Shown: positions 19,901 through 30,500, numbered from the stretch's first letter. The stretch: 64,000 bases of DNA from Candidatus Zhuqueibacterota bacterium (GCA_049322915.1 JBMOPW010000045.1:8106-72105); one strand, 5' to 3'. Numbers and translations: made by a program. Notes: generated by a model not told the origin, from the letters alone.

Positions 19901-20438
19901 GCTCGAGCGCCGTATCATCGAATAATTCCATGAATGAGGTGTAGGCCGGATTCATATTTGAAATCCAGAGCATTATCATTTCTTCGAGAATGAAGTAGGT
20001 GTGCGGTACGCCGTTCGTTGCGCCAGTTAAATATTCCCGCGCTGTCTGTTCTCCCTTATAAACGGCGCGTGGTGGGAAGTCCTCGATGAACTTGATGAAC
20101 GCGTTATCCAGTTCCTCAGAGCCGAATTTCCCGGTCAGCCAGTGGAGCGCTTGTTCCAGCATGGAGATGTTTTTCTCCTCCTGAAACAGCGTGAAAACAT
20201 AATGGAAAATTTCACCAATCAGCCCCATGGCGTTGATATCGCCGGCTTTGATGGCATGCTCGGGGTTGGAGACAAGGTCGCGCTTGTCATTCATTGTCTT
20301 GGCAAAGACTCGCACAGCATAGAAATTTGAAAAGATTATTTCATCTTTGGTAGAAAACAGGGAATCATCGAATTGATAATAATCGCGGGAGGAGCGAGAA
20401 ATATGAAACTCTAATAGAATCGGTCTTTTGGGGCTCAT
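16932..20438 (-). CDS. Large cytoplasmic alpha-amylase family (GH13) protein
   Basis: GH13 regions DMVPNH, IRFDAAM, AEAFW, FMSNPDE and TMPGLPMFGHGQ; likely start MSPKRP at 20438 after a ggaga RBS. Confidence 0.85.
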   Translation of the reverse strand: MSPKRPILLEFHISRSSRDYYQFDDSLFSTKDEIIFSNFYAVRVFAKTMNDKRDLVSNPEHAIKAGDINAMGLIGEIFHYVFTLFQEEKNISMLEQALHWLTGKFGSEELDNAFIKFIEDFPPRAVYKGEQTAREYLTGATNGVPHTYFILEEMIMLWISNMNPAYTSFMELFDDTALEQNTCYSSVLAGLHDFFDEAPHFGPDNQNIIDMLRSPAIAQPHSLSGQLEYIRKHWGFLLGKYFYRLLSGLDLIREEQKMGFFGPGPSYIYEYSSLQVESEKFSQDLDWMPKVVLLAKNTYVWLDQLSKKYQRSIHRLDQVPDNELETIAGWGFTAIWLIGLWERSRASKKIKQMCGNPEAEASAYSLLSYEISDDLGGWDAFNQLRNRAWQRGIRLSGDMVPNHVGIDAQWVIEHPDWFIQLDHSPFPSYTFNGPNVSWDNRVGIYLEDHYFNRTDAAVVFKRVDYWTGNTTYIYHGNDGTSMPWSDTAQLNYLNADVREAVIQTILHVARNFPIIRFDAAMTLTKKHFKRLWYPDPGTGGDIPSRAAHGLTVDRFNELMPQEFWREVVDRVTREVPDTLLMAEAFWLLEGFFVRTLGMHRVYNSAFMNMLKTEENGKYRSAIKNTLEFNPEIMKRFVNFMSNPDEDTAIAQFGQDDKYFGVCAVMATMPGLPMFGHGQVEGFTEKYGMEYRRAYWDERPSEHLIQRHEREIFPLLRRRYIFSGVDNFLLYDVFTPQGFVDENVFAYSNRVGQERALVVYHNKYARAQGWIKTSVGFSVKAGDGDERKIIQKTLGEGLVLTDRHGYFCIFKDIISGLEYIRNCHDIFEQGLYVELEAFKYHVFSEFREVQDNEWRQYSQIASYLNGRGVPNIEETMKEIFLAPIHIPFKAVANASVFRELFNARLTSPRKKLDETLLADLGKKMMSLMNEVKNYSGGKSDEKQLTAEWLQELKGMLALATVEHRYPSIKSGELKHVTNYLKTNNSELTPMWAWLFGWLIVHSLGKIIGLRQFEQQSRSWIDELLLGKILTSVYQELGLTEQQVLSTMNLIKVLTTHQNWNSFDGTPGDPADQVLHSLLRDNEVQTFIGMNRYNGILWFNKETFDMLLDGLMVISLVTIISDSQLNNRAALKRIREMTAILQKIRDAENASDFKIEQLIHLVRSHSATQD

Positions 20439-20713
20439 ATCTTTCTCCGAAACACATGAAACGCACAAGTGATAGTCGATCAAAATAAATTCCAGGACAG
20501 GCTTTCTTTGTGCTGAAACATTGCCTGCGCCTTTCGCATTGCCACAAGAAAAAAGGGCTGAAAATTCAGCCCTTTCTCTTGAACCAACCACAATGGAATT
20601 CAATGGTATTGAAAATTTTATGTCTTTTCTTCAAAATAGAAATCGCTTGCACGAAGTTAATAAACGTTGCTTTTTCTAAAAACCCGATTCAGTAATTTAC
20701 TTCAAGAACGAAG

Positions 20714-20786
<73 letters not shown>

Positions 20787-20810
20787 ACGAAATCAAAATT
20801 AACGCGGGTA

Positions 20811-20839
20811 AAGATAATACATTTTTCAGTAAAAGTCAA
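20811..20839 (-). promoter_or_regulatory. Sigma70-type promoter of tRNA-Phe
   Basis: TTGACT-17 nt-TATCTT on the minus strand, 25 nt upstream of the tRNA. Confidence 0.65.
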
Positions 20840-20874
20840 TAATTATTTTGGCGGTTTCCCCACAGGAATTCATC

Positions 20875-21369
20875 TCAAGCCGAAGGATTTTTTTTCAGAC
20901 AGTCGGACAGGTTGATGGATTTGGCAGTGGGAACGTCGCGTCCCTCCAGGCGAATATTCATCTCAAGGAGCTTTTTCAAGGAAGCCATATCTTCATTATC
21001 CACAAAAATGTAAGCGGCGAGGCGAGTCTTCCCATGCTTGAAATGCATGCCGCCGATATTGACGACGTCGATATCAAGCCCTTTTTCTATCAGTTCGACA
21101 ATGTGCTGCGGCGACTCCACCAGCAGGATAGTCTTGTCATCCGACGTCTGCTTCAACATGTGAAGCGTTTCTTCCTGGGTGGAAACAGAAATCTTCAAAG
21201 GGTATGGCGCTGTGGCTTCCGCACTCATGTATAATTCTTTTTCCCATGGGGAAGAAGCAATGGAATCGCTGCAGAGAATGATTCGGTCCGGATTGAGATA
21301 TAAACCCCAGCCCACAACGACTTGGCCGTGAACGAGACGATCATCCACTCTGACTAAAATTAGCGGCAT
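20875..21369 (-). CDS. PTS mannose/fructose/sorbose family IIB component
   Basis: RVDDRLVHGQV phospho-His motif; VNIGGM. Confidence 0.93.
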   Translation of the reverse strand: MPLILVRVDDRLVHGQVVVGWGLYLNPDRIILCSDSIASSPWEKELYMSAEATAPYPLKISVSTQEETLHMLKQTSDDKTILLVESPQHIVELIEKGLDIDVVNIGGMHFKHGKTRLAAYIFVDNEDMASLKKLLEMNIRLEGRDVPTAKSINLSDCLKKNPSA

Positions 21370-21393
21370 ATTACCTCTATCATTAATAAAGAA

Positions 21394-21780
21394 TTAGCCC
21401 TCGTAATGGTCGATACCTCGGATGCCATCGAATTTGATTTTTTCAGCCAATTCTCGGAGTCCAACCTGGTTGCGTTTCGTCACGAAGGAAATGAACATCG
21501 GCAAATTTACACCGGAGACGACTTCAATATTGGGCAATTGCCGGGAAATGGTAACGGCTGCATTCCAGCAGCTACCGCCTTTCAGGCTAACCATGATGAT
21601 TGTTCCGTCGTCACAATTTTCCGAGGCTATTTTTGATTTCAATCGATCGCAGATATCGGTCAATGATAAGTTTGTTGTCGACAGTTCAAAAATCGAGTCA
21701 ATGCTGCCTAAGATGGTTTCGGCAGCTTTGATGATTGCCGGGCCCATTGGCCCGTGAGTTAAAATGACTCCACCAATCAT
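21394..21780 (-). CDS. PTS mannose/fructose family IIA component
   Basis: VILTHG phospho-His motif, GGSCWN and VSGVNLPM. Confidence 0.9.
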   Translation of the reverse strand: MIGGVILTHGPMGPAIIKAAETILGSIDSIFELSTTNLSLTDICDRLKSKIASENCDDGTIIMVSLKGGSCWNAAVTISRQLPNIEVVSGVNLPMFISFVTKRNQVGLRELAEKIKFDGIRGIDHYEG

Positions 21781-21911
21781 AGGTTGCGTTCTCTGTGGTT
21801 ACTGGGTGAGTTGTCGTTCATGTCCCGATTGCCACACTGGCTATCCCCGCGTCCGATGCCGACCTTGGCGATCAGGGGGGATCCGGGACAGGTTGTCTGC
21901 TGAGTCAGTGT

Positions 21912-22880
21912 CTATTCGATATCAAAAAAGAGATATTCTTTGAGTTGAGAATTCGTTTGAATTCGTTCGATCAGTCGTTCATTGAATTCTTTAGCGGTGA
22001 ATTGACCGTAAATTTTTAAGAGGTGGTTGAGCGCAATCACTTCAGCGAGGACAGTGATGTTCTTCCCTGGGAAAATAGGTAATCGGATGATGGGAATGGT
22101 CACTCCGAGATATTCGGTCAGTTCCTCTTCCAGACCGGTCCTGTCGTAATTTTTGCCCTCTTCCCAATCTTCCAGGTGGAGCTCCACTTCAACCCGTTTC
22201 TGAAAGCGAATGGCGCGAATGCCAAATACACTTCGGGCGTCAATAATGCCGATGCCCCGAATTTCCATGTGATGCAGCAAGGTCTCGCTGCACGAACCCA
22301 ATAAAATTCCTTCGGTGCGCCGCGTCAGGTTTACCACATCATCGGCCACCAGTCGGTGACCGCGTTCGATTAGGTCCAGCGCCACCTCGCTTTTCCCGAT
22401 GCCGCTGCGGCCGGTGATTAATACGCCGGTCCCGTAAACATCCACCAGTGACCCGTGAATGGTGGTGAACGGCGCGAATTTCTTTTCCAGATAGCTACTG
22501 AGCATCTGGAACACGTGCGTCGTTGAATAGACGCTTCGTAAAATCGTAATACCGTTTTCATTGGCAATGGAAATGAAATCATCAGACGGGTGGTTATTAT
22601 CCGTGATGATGATACAGGGAAGGTCAAATTCGAATACCTTGCGAAGGCTGGCCTCGCGCTTCATTGAAGGAAGCGTTTCCAGATAGGCCAATTCTGTGTT
22701 GCCAATGATTTGAACGCGTTTATAAGTGAACACATCCACGAAGCCGCTCAGTGCGAGCCCCATCCGATGGAGTTCTCGTTCCTGAATTTTCTTTTCGAAA
22801 CTGGCTTCGTTATTTAAAATTTCCAGTTTAAGCCTGTTCTTGTTATCTTCATAGAGAATTTCTACCGTGAGATCATCCAT
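21912..22880 (-). CDS. hprK: HPr(Ser) kinase/phosphorylase
   Basis: HGSLVDVYGTGVLITGRSGIGKSEVALDLIERGHRLVADD and MEIRGIGII. Confidence 0.96.
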   Translation of the reverse strand: MDDLTVEILYEDNKNRLKLEILNNEASFEKKIQERELHRMGLALSGFVDVFTYKRVQIIGNTELAYLETLPSMKREASLRKVFEFDLPCIIITDNNHPSDDFISIANENGITILRSVYSTTHVFQMLSSYLEKKFAPFTTIHGSLVDVYGTGVLITGRSGIGKSEVALDLIERGHRLVADDVVNLTRRTEGILLGSCSETLLHHMEIRGIGIIDARSVFGIRAIRFQKRVEVELHLEDWEEGKNYDRTGLEEELTEYLGVTIPIIRLPIFPGKNITVLAEVIALNHLLKIYGQFTAKEFNERLIERIQTNSQLKEYLFFDIE

Positions 22881-22954
22881 ATCCCATGTATTTCCTTGAT
22901 TCCAGCGCCCGCTGTTATTGATGCATGTTCAACAACAGCGGGACGCCGAATTAT

Positions 22955-23269
22955 TTATTTTGTAGTGACCTTATCATCGCCATGATGTTGAATTTTCTTC
23001 TCTTTATAACGTTTCAATTGTCGTCCCATTTTTTCTACAGCCGAATCAATCGATTTGTAAATATCATCCGTTTTTTCAATCACAGTTAACGTCTGCCCAT
23101 GCACCTGAACATTGAGTTCAGCGATTTGTATCTCTTTCTGATAATCCAAAATTATTTCGCATCCGATAATTCCTTCATAAAATTTTTCTAAATGCTCTAC
23201 TTCAGTAGTTGCATATTCCTTTAGCCTTTGGGAAGGCTTGTAGTGACGGGCTGTGAAACTGATTCTCAT
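22955..23269 (-). CDS. hpf: Ribosome hibernation promoting factor (short HPF/RaiA)
   Basis: MRISFTARH...DIYKSIDSAVEKMGRQLKRYKEK; ggagga RBS before ATG 23269. Confidence 0.9.
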   Translation of the reverse strand: MRISFTARHYKPSQRLKEYATTEVEHLEKFYEGIIGCEIILDYQKEIQIAELNVQVHGQTLTVIEKTDDIYKSIDSAVEKMGRQLKRYKEKKIQHHGDDKVTTK

Positions 23270-23323
23270 AGGAATCCTCCTTATGATTAAAGAAGTGAAA
23301 ATCACAGTTTATTAAATGGATGA

Positions 23324-24286
23324 TCATTCCTCCCGTTCTGCTCGGGGGTGAGCTTGTTTATAGATTTTTTTAAGACGCTCTGTGGAGACATGGGTATAAA
23401 TCTGCGTGGTGGATAAACTGGCATGTCCCAACAGATCTTTTACAGCAACCAGGTCTGCTCCGCCGTCCAGAAGGTGGGTGGCAAACGAATGGCGAAGCGT
23501 GTGGGGGTACGTACCGGTCGCAGTAAAAAATTTTAAATATTTAGAAACCATCCTTTGAATCCCGCGATGGGAGAATGGCTTTCCCTTGCGATTCAGAAAG
23601 ACGGTCTGAACATTTTTTTCAATCGTCAGACGAAGCAGTTCATAACGAATATTGAAATAGCTGCGAAGCGAACGGACAGCCATTTCACCGATGGGCACGA
23701 CGCGCTCTTTATTCCCCTTGCCGGTTACTTTGAGCAAGCGATTGGCAAAGTCAATGTCCTGCATTTTCAGATTCGCTAATTCACTGAGCCTTATCCCTGT
23801 GCCGTAGAATAATTCAAGAATCGCCTGGTCCCGCAATCCCAGGCTGCTGGTAGCGTCGGGCAATTCCAGTGCTTTTTTGATCGTTTCATAATTCAATGTA
23901 TGAGGTATGTTTTTTTCGGTCTTCAATGAAAATAGACCGAATGAAGGATTGGTTGATATGATCTGATGACTATGCAAGTATTTGAAGAACGATTTTAAAC
24001 AGGCGATTTTTCGGTTGAGGCTCGTCGCAGTGTACTTCTCTTTGCTGAGGTAGGCCAGGTAGCCTCGCAGCGTATGCCGGGTGATACTTTCCGGCGAGGT
24101 GTTTTCCAGGGTGAATTTCTCGTCCAGGTACTGCGCAAACTGTCGCAGGTCATTACTGTAGGCAACTTGCGTGTGGAGAGAATAGTTTCTTTCAACTTTG
24201 AGATAATGAATGTATTTATCGAGGATCAAATCCCATATTTCCACCAACCCGGGATTCACCTCACTCGTCATTTTCTTGTTGCTCAT
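23324..24286 (-). CDS. xerC: Tyrosine recombinase, XerC type
   Basis: GIRLSEL, GKGNKER, HTLRHSFATH and LGHASLSTTQIYTH catalytic residues; lies between topA and hpf. Start may be 24271. Confidence 0.88.
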   Translation of the reverse strand: MSNKKMTSEVNPGLVEIWDLILDKYIHYLKVERNYSLHTQVAYSNDLRQFAQYLDEKFTLENTSPESITRHTLRGYLAYLSKEKYTATSLNRKIACLKSFFKYLHSHQIISTNPSFGLFSLKTEKNIPHTLNYETIKKALELPDATSSLGLRDQAILELFYGTGIRLSELANLKMQDIDFANRLLKVTGKGNKERVVPIGEMAVRSLRSYFNIRYELLRLTIEKNVQTVFLNRKGKPFSHRGIQRMVSKYLKFFTATGTYPHTLRHSFATHLLDGGADLVAVKDLLGHASLSTTQIYTHVSTERLKKIYKQAHPRAEREE

Positions 24287-26528
24287 ACTTTGCTTTACAT
24301 TTTGGACAGTAAAGGTAATTTCCCGAGGATTTGTTGTATCGCCTTTCTAAAAAAGGTGAACCGCACTGCTCGCATTTCGTGGCTACCGGCGCATACCAGG
24401 TTGCAAAATTGCAGCTGGGATAGCTGCTGCAACCATAGAATGTCTTGCCACGTTTGGAGCGGCGTTCCACAATGAACCCGGTGCACCCTTCGGCCGGACA
24501 GGGTATTCCCAACGAGAAGGGTTTATTATTCACGCAATCCGGATATCCGGAGCAGGCAAGAAATCGACCATAACGCCCCTGCTTCACGATCATTGGCTTG
24601 CCGCATTTCTCGCATATCTCATCGGTCTGAATCTCCTCGCCTTCGATCGGTTTTGTGTAGCGACAATCCGGGTAGCCGCTGCAGCCGATGAACTTACCGT
24701 TCCGACCCCAGCGAATGATGAGCGACTTGCCGCACTTGGGACAGGTCTCATCGGCATTTTCGATGAGCGAGTCTTTGATCGACTCTTTCTTCGTCCTGGT
24801 CGCTTCCAATGCAGAGTGAAATGGCCGGTAGAAATCCTGCATCACATCTAAAAATCGTTTATCCGCAGTTTCAATTTTATCCAGTTCATCTTCCATCCGC
24901 GCGGTGAATTTCACGTTGAAAATAGTCGGAAAATTTTGAATGAGAATATCATTCACGGTGAATCCGAGTTCGGTGGGAACCAATTGACGGGCGTTCTTCT
25001 CGATGTATTTTCGCGTCAATAATGTGCTGATGATGGTGGCATAGGTGCTGGGTCGGCCAATGGCCAGTGTGTCGAGCTCTTTCACCAGACTACTTTCAGA
25101 AAACCGGGAGGGTGGTTTGGTGAAATGCTGTTTGGGAATCAGATTCAGCAGCGTCAGCGTTTCCCCCTGACGAAGTTCCGTGGGCACATTGGAGGGTTGG
25201 TTATTGTCCTCGTCACCGTTCCCATCCGATTCCTGAAAGTCCTCGTACGCTTGAAGGAAACCGCGAAATTTGATGACTGAGCCCGTGGTTCGAAACAGGT
25301 AATCTTCGCTCAATTCGTTTCCTGTTTTGACGCCGGCAATGATGTCGACGGTCGTCTGTTCCAGCCGGGCATCGCTCATCTGGCAGGCGATGAAGCGATT
25401 CCAGATCAATTCGTACAACCGAAACAATTCGGCATTCAAATATTTCTTGACCTTCTTCGGTTCCCGTTTCATGGACGTCGGACGAATTGCCTCATGCGCA
25501 TCCTGAGCGCCCTTTCTCACTTTAAAAATCCGCTCTTTGGCAGGCAGATATTCCAGCCCGTAGGAATTGGCAATATAGTCCCGCACTTCAGCAATGGCCT
25601 CACTGGCTATTCGCGTCGAGTCCGTTCGCATGTAGGTGATCAGTCCAATGCTGCCCTCTTCACCCAATTCTATTCCTTCATAAAGCTGCTGCGCCAGAGC
25701 CATAATTTTTTTGGCCGAGAATCCGAGCCGTTTCGAGGCTTCCTGCTGCAGCGTGCTGGTGATAAACGGCGGCGCTGGCTGGCGACGCACTTCCTTCTTG
25801 GTGATCGTGTGGACGAAGTATTGCTTGGTCTTCAAATCATCGATGATGTGATTGGCCGAAGGTTCATCCTTGATATCAGCTTTTTTATTATTGACTTTGA
25901 TCAGATTCGAAAGGAAGGGATTTGTTTTCGCGCCCTGGAGTTCGGCCGTGATTGTCCAATATTCCTGGGGGATGAACGCGGTAATTTCACGCTCGCGTTC
26001 CACAATGAGCCGCAGAGCCACGGACTGAACCCTCCCGGCGCTGAGGCCGCGGTAGATTGTCTGCCAAAGGATAGGGCTGACCTGATAGCCCACAAGTCGG
26101 TCCAGAACGCGCCGCGCTTTTTGCGCTTCCACTTTGTTGGAGTTGATTTCGAGGGGTGATTTGATGGCTTCAGTCACCGCGCGTTCGGTGATTTCATTGA
26201 AAAGAATTCGAAAAATCTGGTCATTCTTGGATTTGATTTCTTCAAAAATGTGCCAGGCAATAGCTTCACCTTCGCGATCCGGGTCTGTGGCAATGAACAC
26301 TTTGTCCGCGCTGACAGCGGCTTTTTTCAGATCATTTAAAATTTTGCCTTTGCCGCGGATGGTAATGTACTTTGGCTGAAAACTATCTTCAATATCAACG
26401 CCCAGGTCGCCTTTGGGGAGATCTTTCAAGTGGCCGACGGAAGAAAGCACCAGGTAGTTTTTGCCTAAAAATTTATTGATCGTTTTGGATTTAGCGACTG
26501 ATTCAACAATAACAATTGATTTCGGCAT
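24261..26528 (-). CDS. topA: DNA topoisomerase I with C-terminal zinc ribbons
   Basis: IVES..K, ATDPDREGEAI, SAGRVQS, ITYMRTDS, AHEAIRP and repeated C4 ribbons. Confidence 0.97.
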   Translation of the reverse strand: MPKSIVIVESVAKSKTINKFLGKNYLVLSSVGHLKDLPKGDLGVDIEDSFQPKYITIRGKGKILNDLKKAAVSADKVFIATDPDREGEAIAWHIFEEIKSKNDQIFRILFNEITERAVTEAIKSPLEINSNKVEAQKARRVLDRLVGYQVSPILWQTIYRGLSAGRVQSVALRLIVEREREITAFIPQEYWTITAELQGAKTNPFLSNLIKVNNKKADIKDEPSANHIIDDLKTKQYFVHTITKKEVRRQPAPPFITSTLQQEASKRLGFSAKKIMALAQQLYEGIELGEEGSIGLITYMRTDSTRIASEAIAEVRDYIANSYGLEYLPAKERIFKVRKGAQDAHEAIRPTSMKREPKKVKKYLNAELFRLYELIWNRFIACQMSDARLEQTTVDIIAGVKTGNELSEDYLFRTTGSVIKFRGFLQAYEDFQESDGNGDEDNNQPSNVPTELRQGETLTLLNLIPKQHFTKPPSRFSESSLVKELDTLAIGRPSTYATIISTLLTRKYIEKNARQLVPTELGFTVNDILIQNFPTIFNVKFTARMEDELDKIETADKRFLDVMQDFYRPFHSALEATRTKKESIKDSLIENADETCPKCGKSLIIRWGRNGKFIGCSGYPDCRYTKPIEGEEIQTDEICEKCGKPMIVKQGRYGRFLACSGYPDCVNNKPFSLGIPCPAEGCTGFIVERRSKRGKTFYGCSSYPSCNFATWYAPVATKCEQCGSPFLERRYNKSSGNYLYCPKCKAKYEQQENDE

Positions 26529-26548
26529 AAGCGATAAGTGTATGGATA

Positions 26549-27022
26549 TTAATGAACCTGATACGATTTTTTAAAAATGAAGAAAGAGGTCTCGCTTGTC
26601 TCTGCAGGATTGAAAATCAACGATGCAATCATCGCTTTGATTTCTGGAATTGAAATTCCGTTCTTGCCGTGCAAAAGAGCTTTCTCAATGATGCGTTCAA
26701 CCTCTGGTTCACCAATGATGTCCAGTTCTCGTAATTGAATCATGTAATTATACGCCGTGGGGGTGAGAATAGACCTATCTAAATCATCCCAGGATTTGGC
26801 AGGGTGTTTTCGGTAGGAGGGATCACCGATCATTTCACCGATGGGTTCATTGTTGAAATTTTCCATAAGCCAGGAAAAAGCGGAGTCGATCTCGGTCGCC
26901 GTGTATCCTTCTTCCTCTAACTTCTGAGAAAGACTTTCAAAGCGGCCCTGAATCGTATCGTCAATATTCGAACGCATTGCATTCACGATGAATACCACGA
27001 TTTCCTTAACTCGCTCACTCAT
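26549..27022 (-). CDS. Smg/DUF494 family protein
   Basis: L...GY...EIDSAFSWL signature; position immediately upstream of topA. Confidence 0.75.
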   Translation of the reverse strand: MSERVKEIVVFIVNAMRSNIDDTIQGRFESLSQKLEEEGYTATEIDSAFSWLMENFNNEPIGEMIGDPSYRKHPAKSWDDLDRSILTPTAYNYMIQLRELDIIGEPEVERIIEKALLHGKNGISIPEIKAMIASLIFNPAETSETSFFIFKKSYQVH

Positions 27023-27077
27023 TTCCTCGCTCCTGTATGCTTTGAGATTGATGTTTCATATCTTCGGCTTGTGACCT

Positions 27078-27105
27078 AATATAATATTATTTTCCTGAAA
27101 TGCAA
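27078..27105 (-). promoter_or_regulatory. Possible sigma70 promoter for the smg-topA-xerC operon
   Basis: TTGCAT-16 nt-TATATT on the minus strand. Confidence 0.45.
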
Positions 27106-27575
27106 GCGTTATTACAATCATTTAATTTGCACGGCAACTTTTTGCTGACCCAGCAGAATGCATCTCATGAACAAGCGATTCTTTGACCCCTCCATTGGTG
27201 TTCGAATCCACTCCCGCATCATCATGCTCTCAGTGTGGGAGACGCTAATTACAATATACTCAACAATGATTCTGAATGCAAGTTGTTTTTCTGATAAATA
27301 TCTTCTATTTTCACAAAGACCAATGAGTTGAGCCCTGTAAAAAAAATCTGAAGGCGAACTCACCGTCATCGTCGTTGAATTGTCCTGCAACGCACACGGT
27401 GCCGGTCATTCAGGTGAATGATTCGTGGTGAATGACACAGTCTCCTTCATTATCGGAATTTCAGTGAAATTCGTAAATCAGGAGTCAGTTTACTGACCAC
27501 GCCCTGGCTGTTCCCGTTCTGACGCGAAATCGGCCTGAGTTCATCCACAGCCGGGATCTGTGTGCGCCGGAAAAC

Positions 27576-30500
27576 CTACGTATTGATGCCGCAGCATTTT
27601 TTATACTTTTTGCCGCTGCCGCAGGGGCAGGGATCGTTCCGTCCCACTTTAGGCGCAGCGACGACCGGCGCTTTTTTCCCGGGCTGTTGCATCTGGGGCT
27701 GAGCCCCTGGTTCGCCCTGTGCCTCAGCGGGTCGCGCTTTGAAGCCCATTCCATCCGCGGCCACATGAGATTCCTTCATTTCAACCGGTCGGCGCCGGCG
27801 CATCATGGTTGGCTCTTCGCGCAACTGAGCTTTGAAAATTAACTCGATAACACTTTCGTTGATTCGGGCCAGCATGTCCGAGAAGGTGCGGAACCCTTCG
27901 CTTTTATACTCAAGCAACGGATCTTTCTGCCCATAGGCGCGCAGTCCGATGCCCTCTTTCAACTGGTCCATTTCATACAAGTGCTCGCGCCAGCTTGTGT
28001 CGATCACCTGAAGCATGGCCAGACGCTCCAGTTTTCGGATGTTCGATTCACCCAGGGTGCGCTCTCTTCGTTTATAATTTTCCAGCGTTTTCGCCCGCGC
28101 GGTTTCAAGCAACTCTTCTTTTTTGAGACTGTTCGGAATGTCGTTGATATCATACGGCAGATTGACCAAAAACATCCGCTGCATGTCGCTGATAATATCC
28201 GTCCAATTCCAGTCCTCGGGATAGGCGCCGCCGCTGGTATGGGTCTCGACGCGGTCTTCAATGACCTGGTCGATCATCTCCAGAATTTGATCGCGCAGAT
28301 TCTGCCCGCGAAGCGCATTGGCGCGCATGCTGTAGATGACCTCGCGCTGCTGATTCATCACATCGTCGTATTCGAGGAGGTGCTTGCGAATGTCGAAGTT
28401 GTGGGTTTCCACGCGCTTTTGCGCGCGCTCAATGGAACGGCTGATCATGGGATGCTGTATCACTTCGCCATCCTGAACGCCAAGCCGGTCCATCACTCCG
28501 GCAATTCGCTCCGACCCGAATAGTCGCATCAAATCATCCTCCAGCGAGAGGTAGAAACGGCTGGAACCGGGATCGCCCTGACGACCGCTTCGGCCGCGCA
28601 ATTGCCGATCGATGCGTCGCGACTCATGCCGTTCGGTGCCAATAATATGAAGTCCGCAGGGCACGTCGCGTTCGCATTCTTTCAAATTGATGGACTCCGG
28701 AATGGTTCGGTCATTATCTTCCACGAGATAGCAACCGCCATTGCATAGTATGACTCCCTTCCCGAGCTTAATGTCCGTGCCACGACCGGCCATGTTGGTG
28801 GCAATGGTGACCGTCCCCGGCTGGCCGGCTTTGCTGACGATTTGCGCTTCCTCTTTATGATATTTCGCGTTCAACACCGAGTGCTTGATACCGCGGCGTT
28901 TGAGCATGCGGCTCAATGTTTCCGAGGTCTCGACAGAAATGGTGCCGACGAGTACAGGACGGTTCTTTTTGTTGAGTTGCTCGATCTCGTCAATGACGGC
29001 ATTGAACTTTTCGCGCTTTGTCCGATAAATTTGATCGTCGTAATCGAACCGTCGAATCGGCTCATTGGTCGGAATGACCACCACGTCCAGTTTATAAATT
29101 TGCCAGAATTCATTGGCCTCGGTTTCGGCTGTGCCGGTCATGCCGGCCAGTTTGGAATAGAGCCTGAACAGGTTCTGAAGCGTGATGGTAGCCAGAGTCT
29201 GGGACTCCCGTTCAATTTTAACGCCTTCCTTGGCTTCAATGGCCTGGTGCAATCCATCGCTATAGCGTCTGCCGGGCATGAGACGGCCGGTGAATTCATC
29301 CACAATCATCACTTTGCCGTCGTCCGAGACGACGTACTCCACGTCCCGCTCGAACAGGGAGTAGGCGCGTAAGAGCTGAGAAATATTATGAATGCGCTCG
29401 CTCTTCTCGCCATATTCGACCTGAATTTTGTCCCGCAGTGCAAGCTTTGCCTGCTCGTCCATTTCTTCATTTTTGTCGATGTTGTTCAATTCAATGGCCA
29501 GATCCGGCAGAACGAACATGGAGGGATCGTTGGGCGACAGCGCCTCCCGGCCTTTCTCGGTGAGGTCAATGATATGAGATTTCTCATCGATGGCGTAGTA
29601 GAGCTCTTCATCCAGTTCATGCATTTTTTTATCGCGCAGAAAGTCGTTTTCCACATGATGCATGATTTTCTTGACGCCCACCTCGTTTAGGATTTTTGTC
29701 AATTTTTTATTCTTGGGCGCGCCGCGTTTGGCCTGCAGCAATTTGATGCCGGCTTCGTATTCTTCGCCCTGCTGCAAAAGCTGCTCAGCTTCGGAAATAA
29801 TTTTATTGACCAGCGATGTCTGATTGCGGACGAGTTGCGCCACGCGCGGTTTGACTTCTTCAAATTTCTGGGTGGAATGTTCCACCGGCCCGGAAATGAT
29901 GAGCGGGGTTCGCGCTTCGTCAACCAGCACGGAATCGACCTCGTCGATGATGGCGTAATTAGGCTTCCGCTGCACGAGGTCGGCGACGCGAAGCGCCATA
30001 TTGTCTCGCAGATAATCGAAGCCAAATTCATTGTTGGTACCGTAGGTGATGTCCTTGTTGTAGGCGATCTGACGTTGCGGCGGATCCATTTCATTGGTGA
30101 TGTACGCGGATGTCAGACCCAGCGTCTCATAGATTTTGCCCATCCATTCGCAGTCGCGTCGGGCTAAGTAATCGTTCACCGTTACGAGATGGGCGCCCTT
30201 GCCGGTCAGCGCGTTCAGGTAAAGCGGCAGCGAGGCCACCAGGGTTTTGCCTTCACCCGTGGCCATCTCGGCAATTTTTCCTTCATGAAGCACAATGCCG
30301 CCAATGAGCTGAACATCGAATGGAATCATGTCCCACGTCGTTGGGATATCGCTCACGTTCCATGATTTCCCAATCAGCCGACGGCATGTTTCCTTGACGA
30401 CAGCGAATGCCTGAGGGAGTATCTCCATCAAAGCGGATTCCGTCGCAGTCGTCTCTTCCTCTTCCAGCGCAGAGATTTCATCGCGAATGGCGTCCTGGTT

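Noticed and set aside
23324..24286. Tyrosine recombinase as a prophage or island integrase
   Set aside because: It is embedded in the topA-xerC-hpf-hprK housekeeping order, with no att repeats or cargo genes seen.
27118..27575. Short ORFs in the secA-smg gap and the 38237-38812 gap, or a dprA remnant upstream of smg
   Set aside because: No RBS or motif support, and no DprA-like sequence is recognisable.
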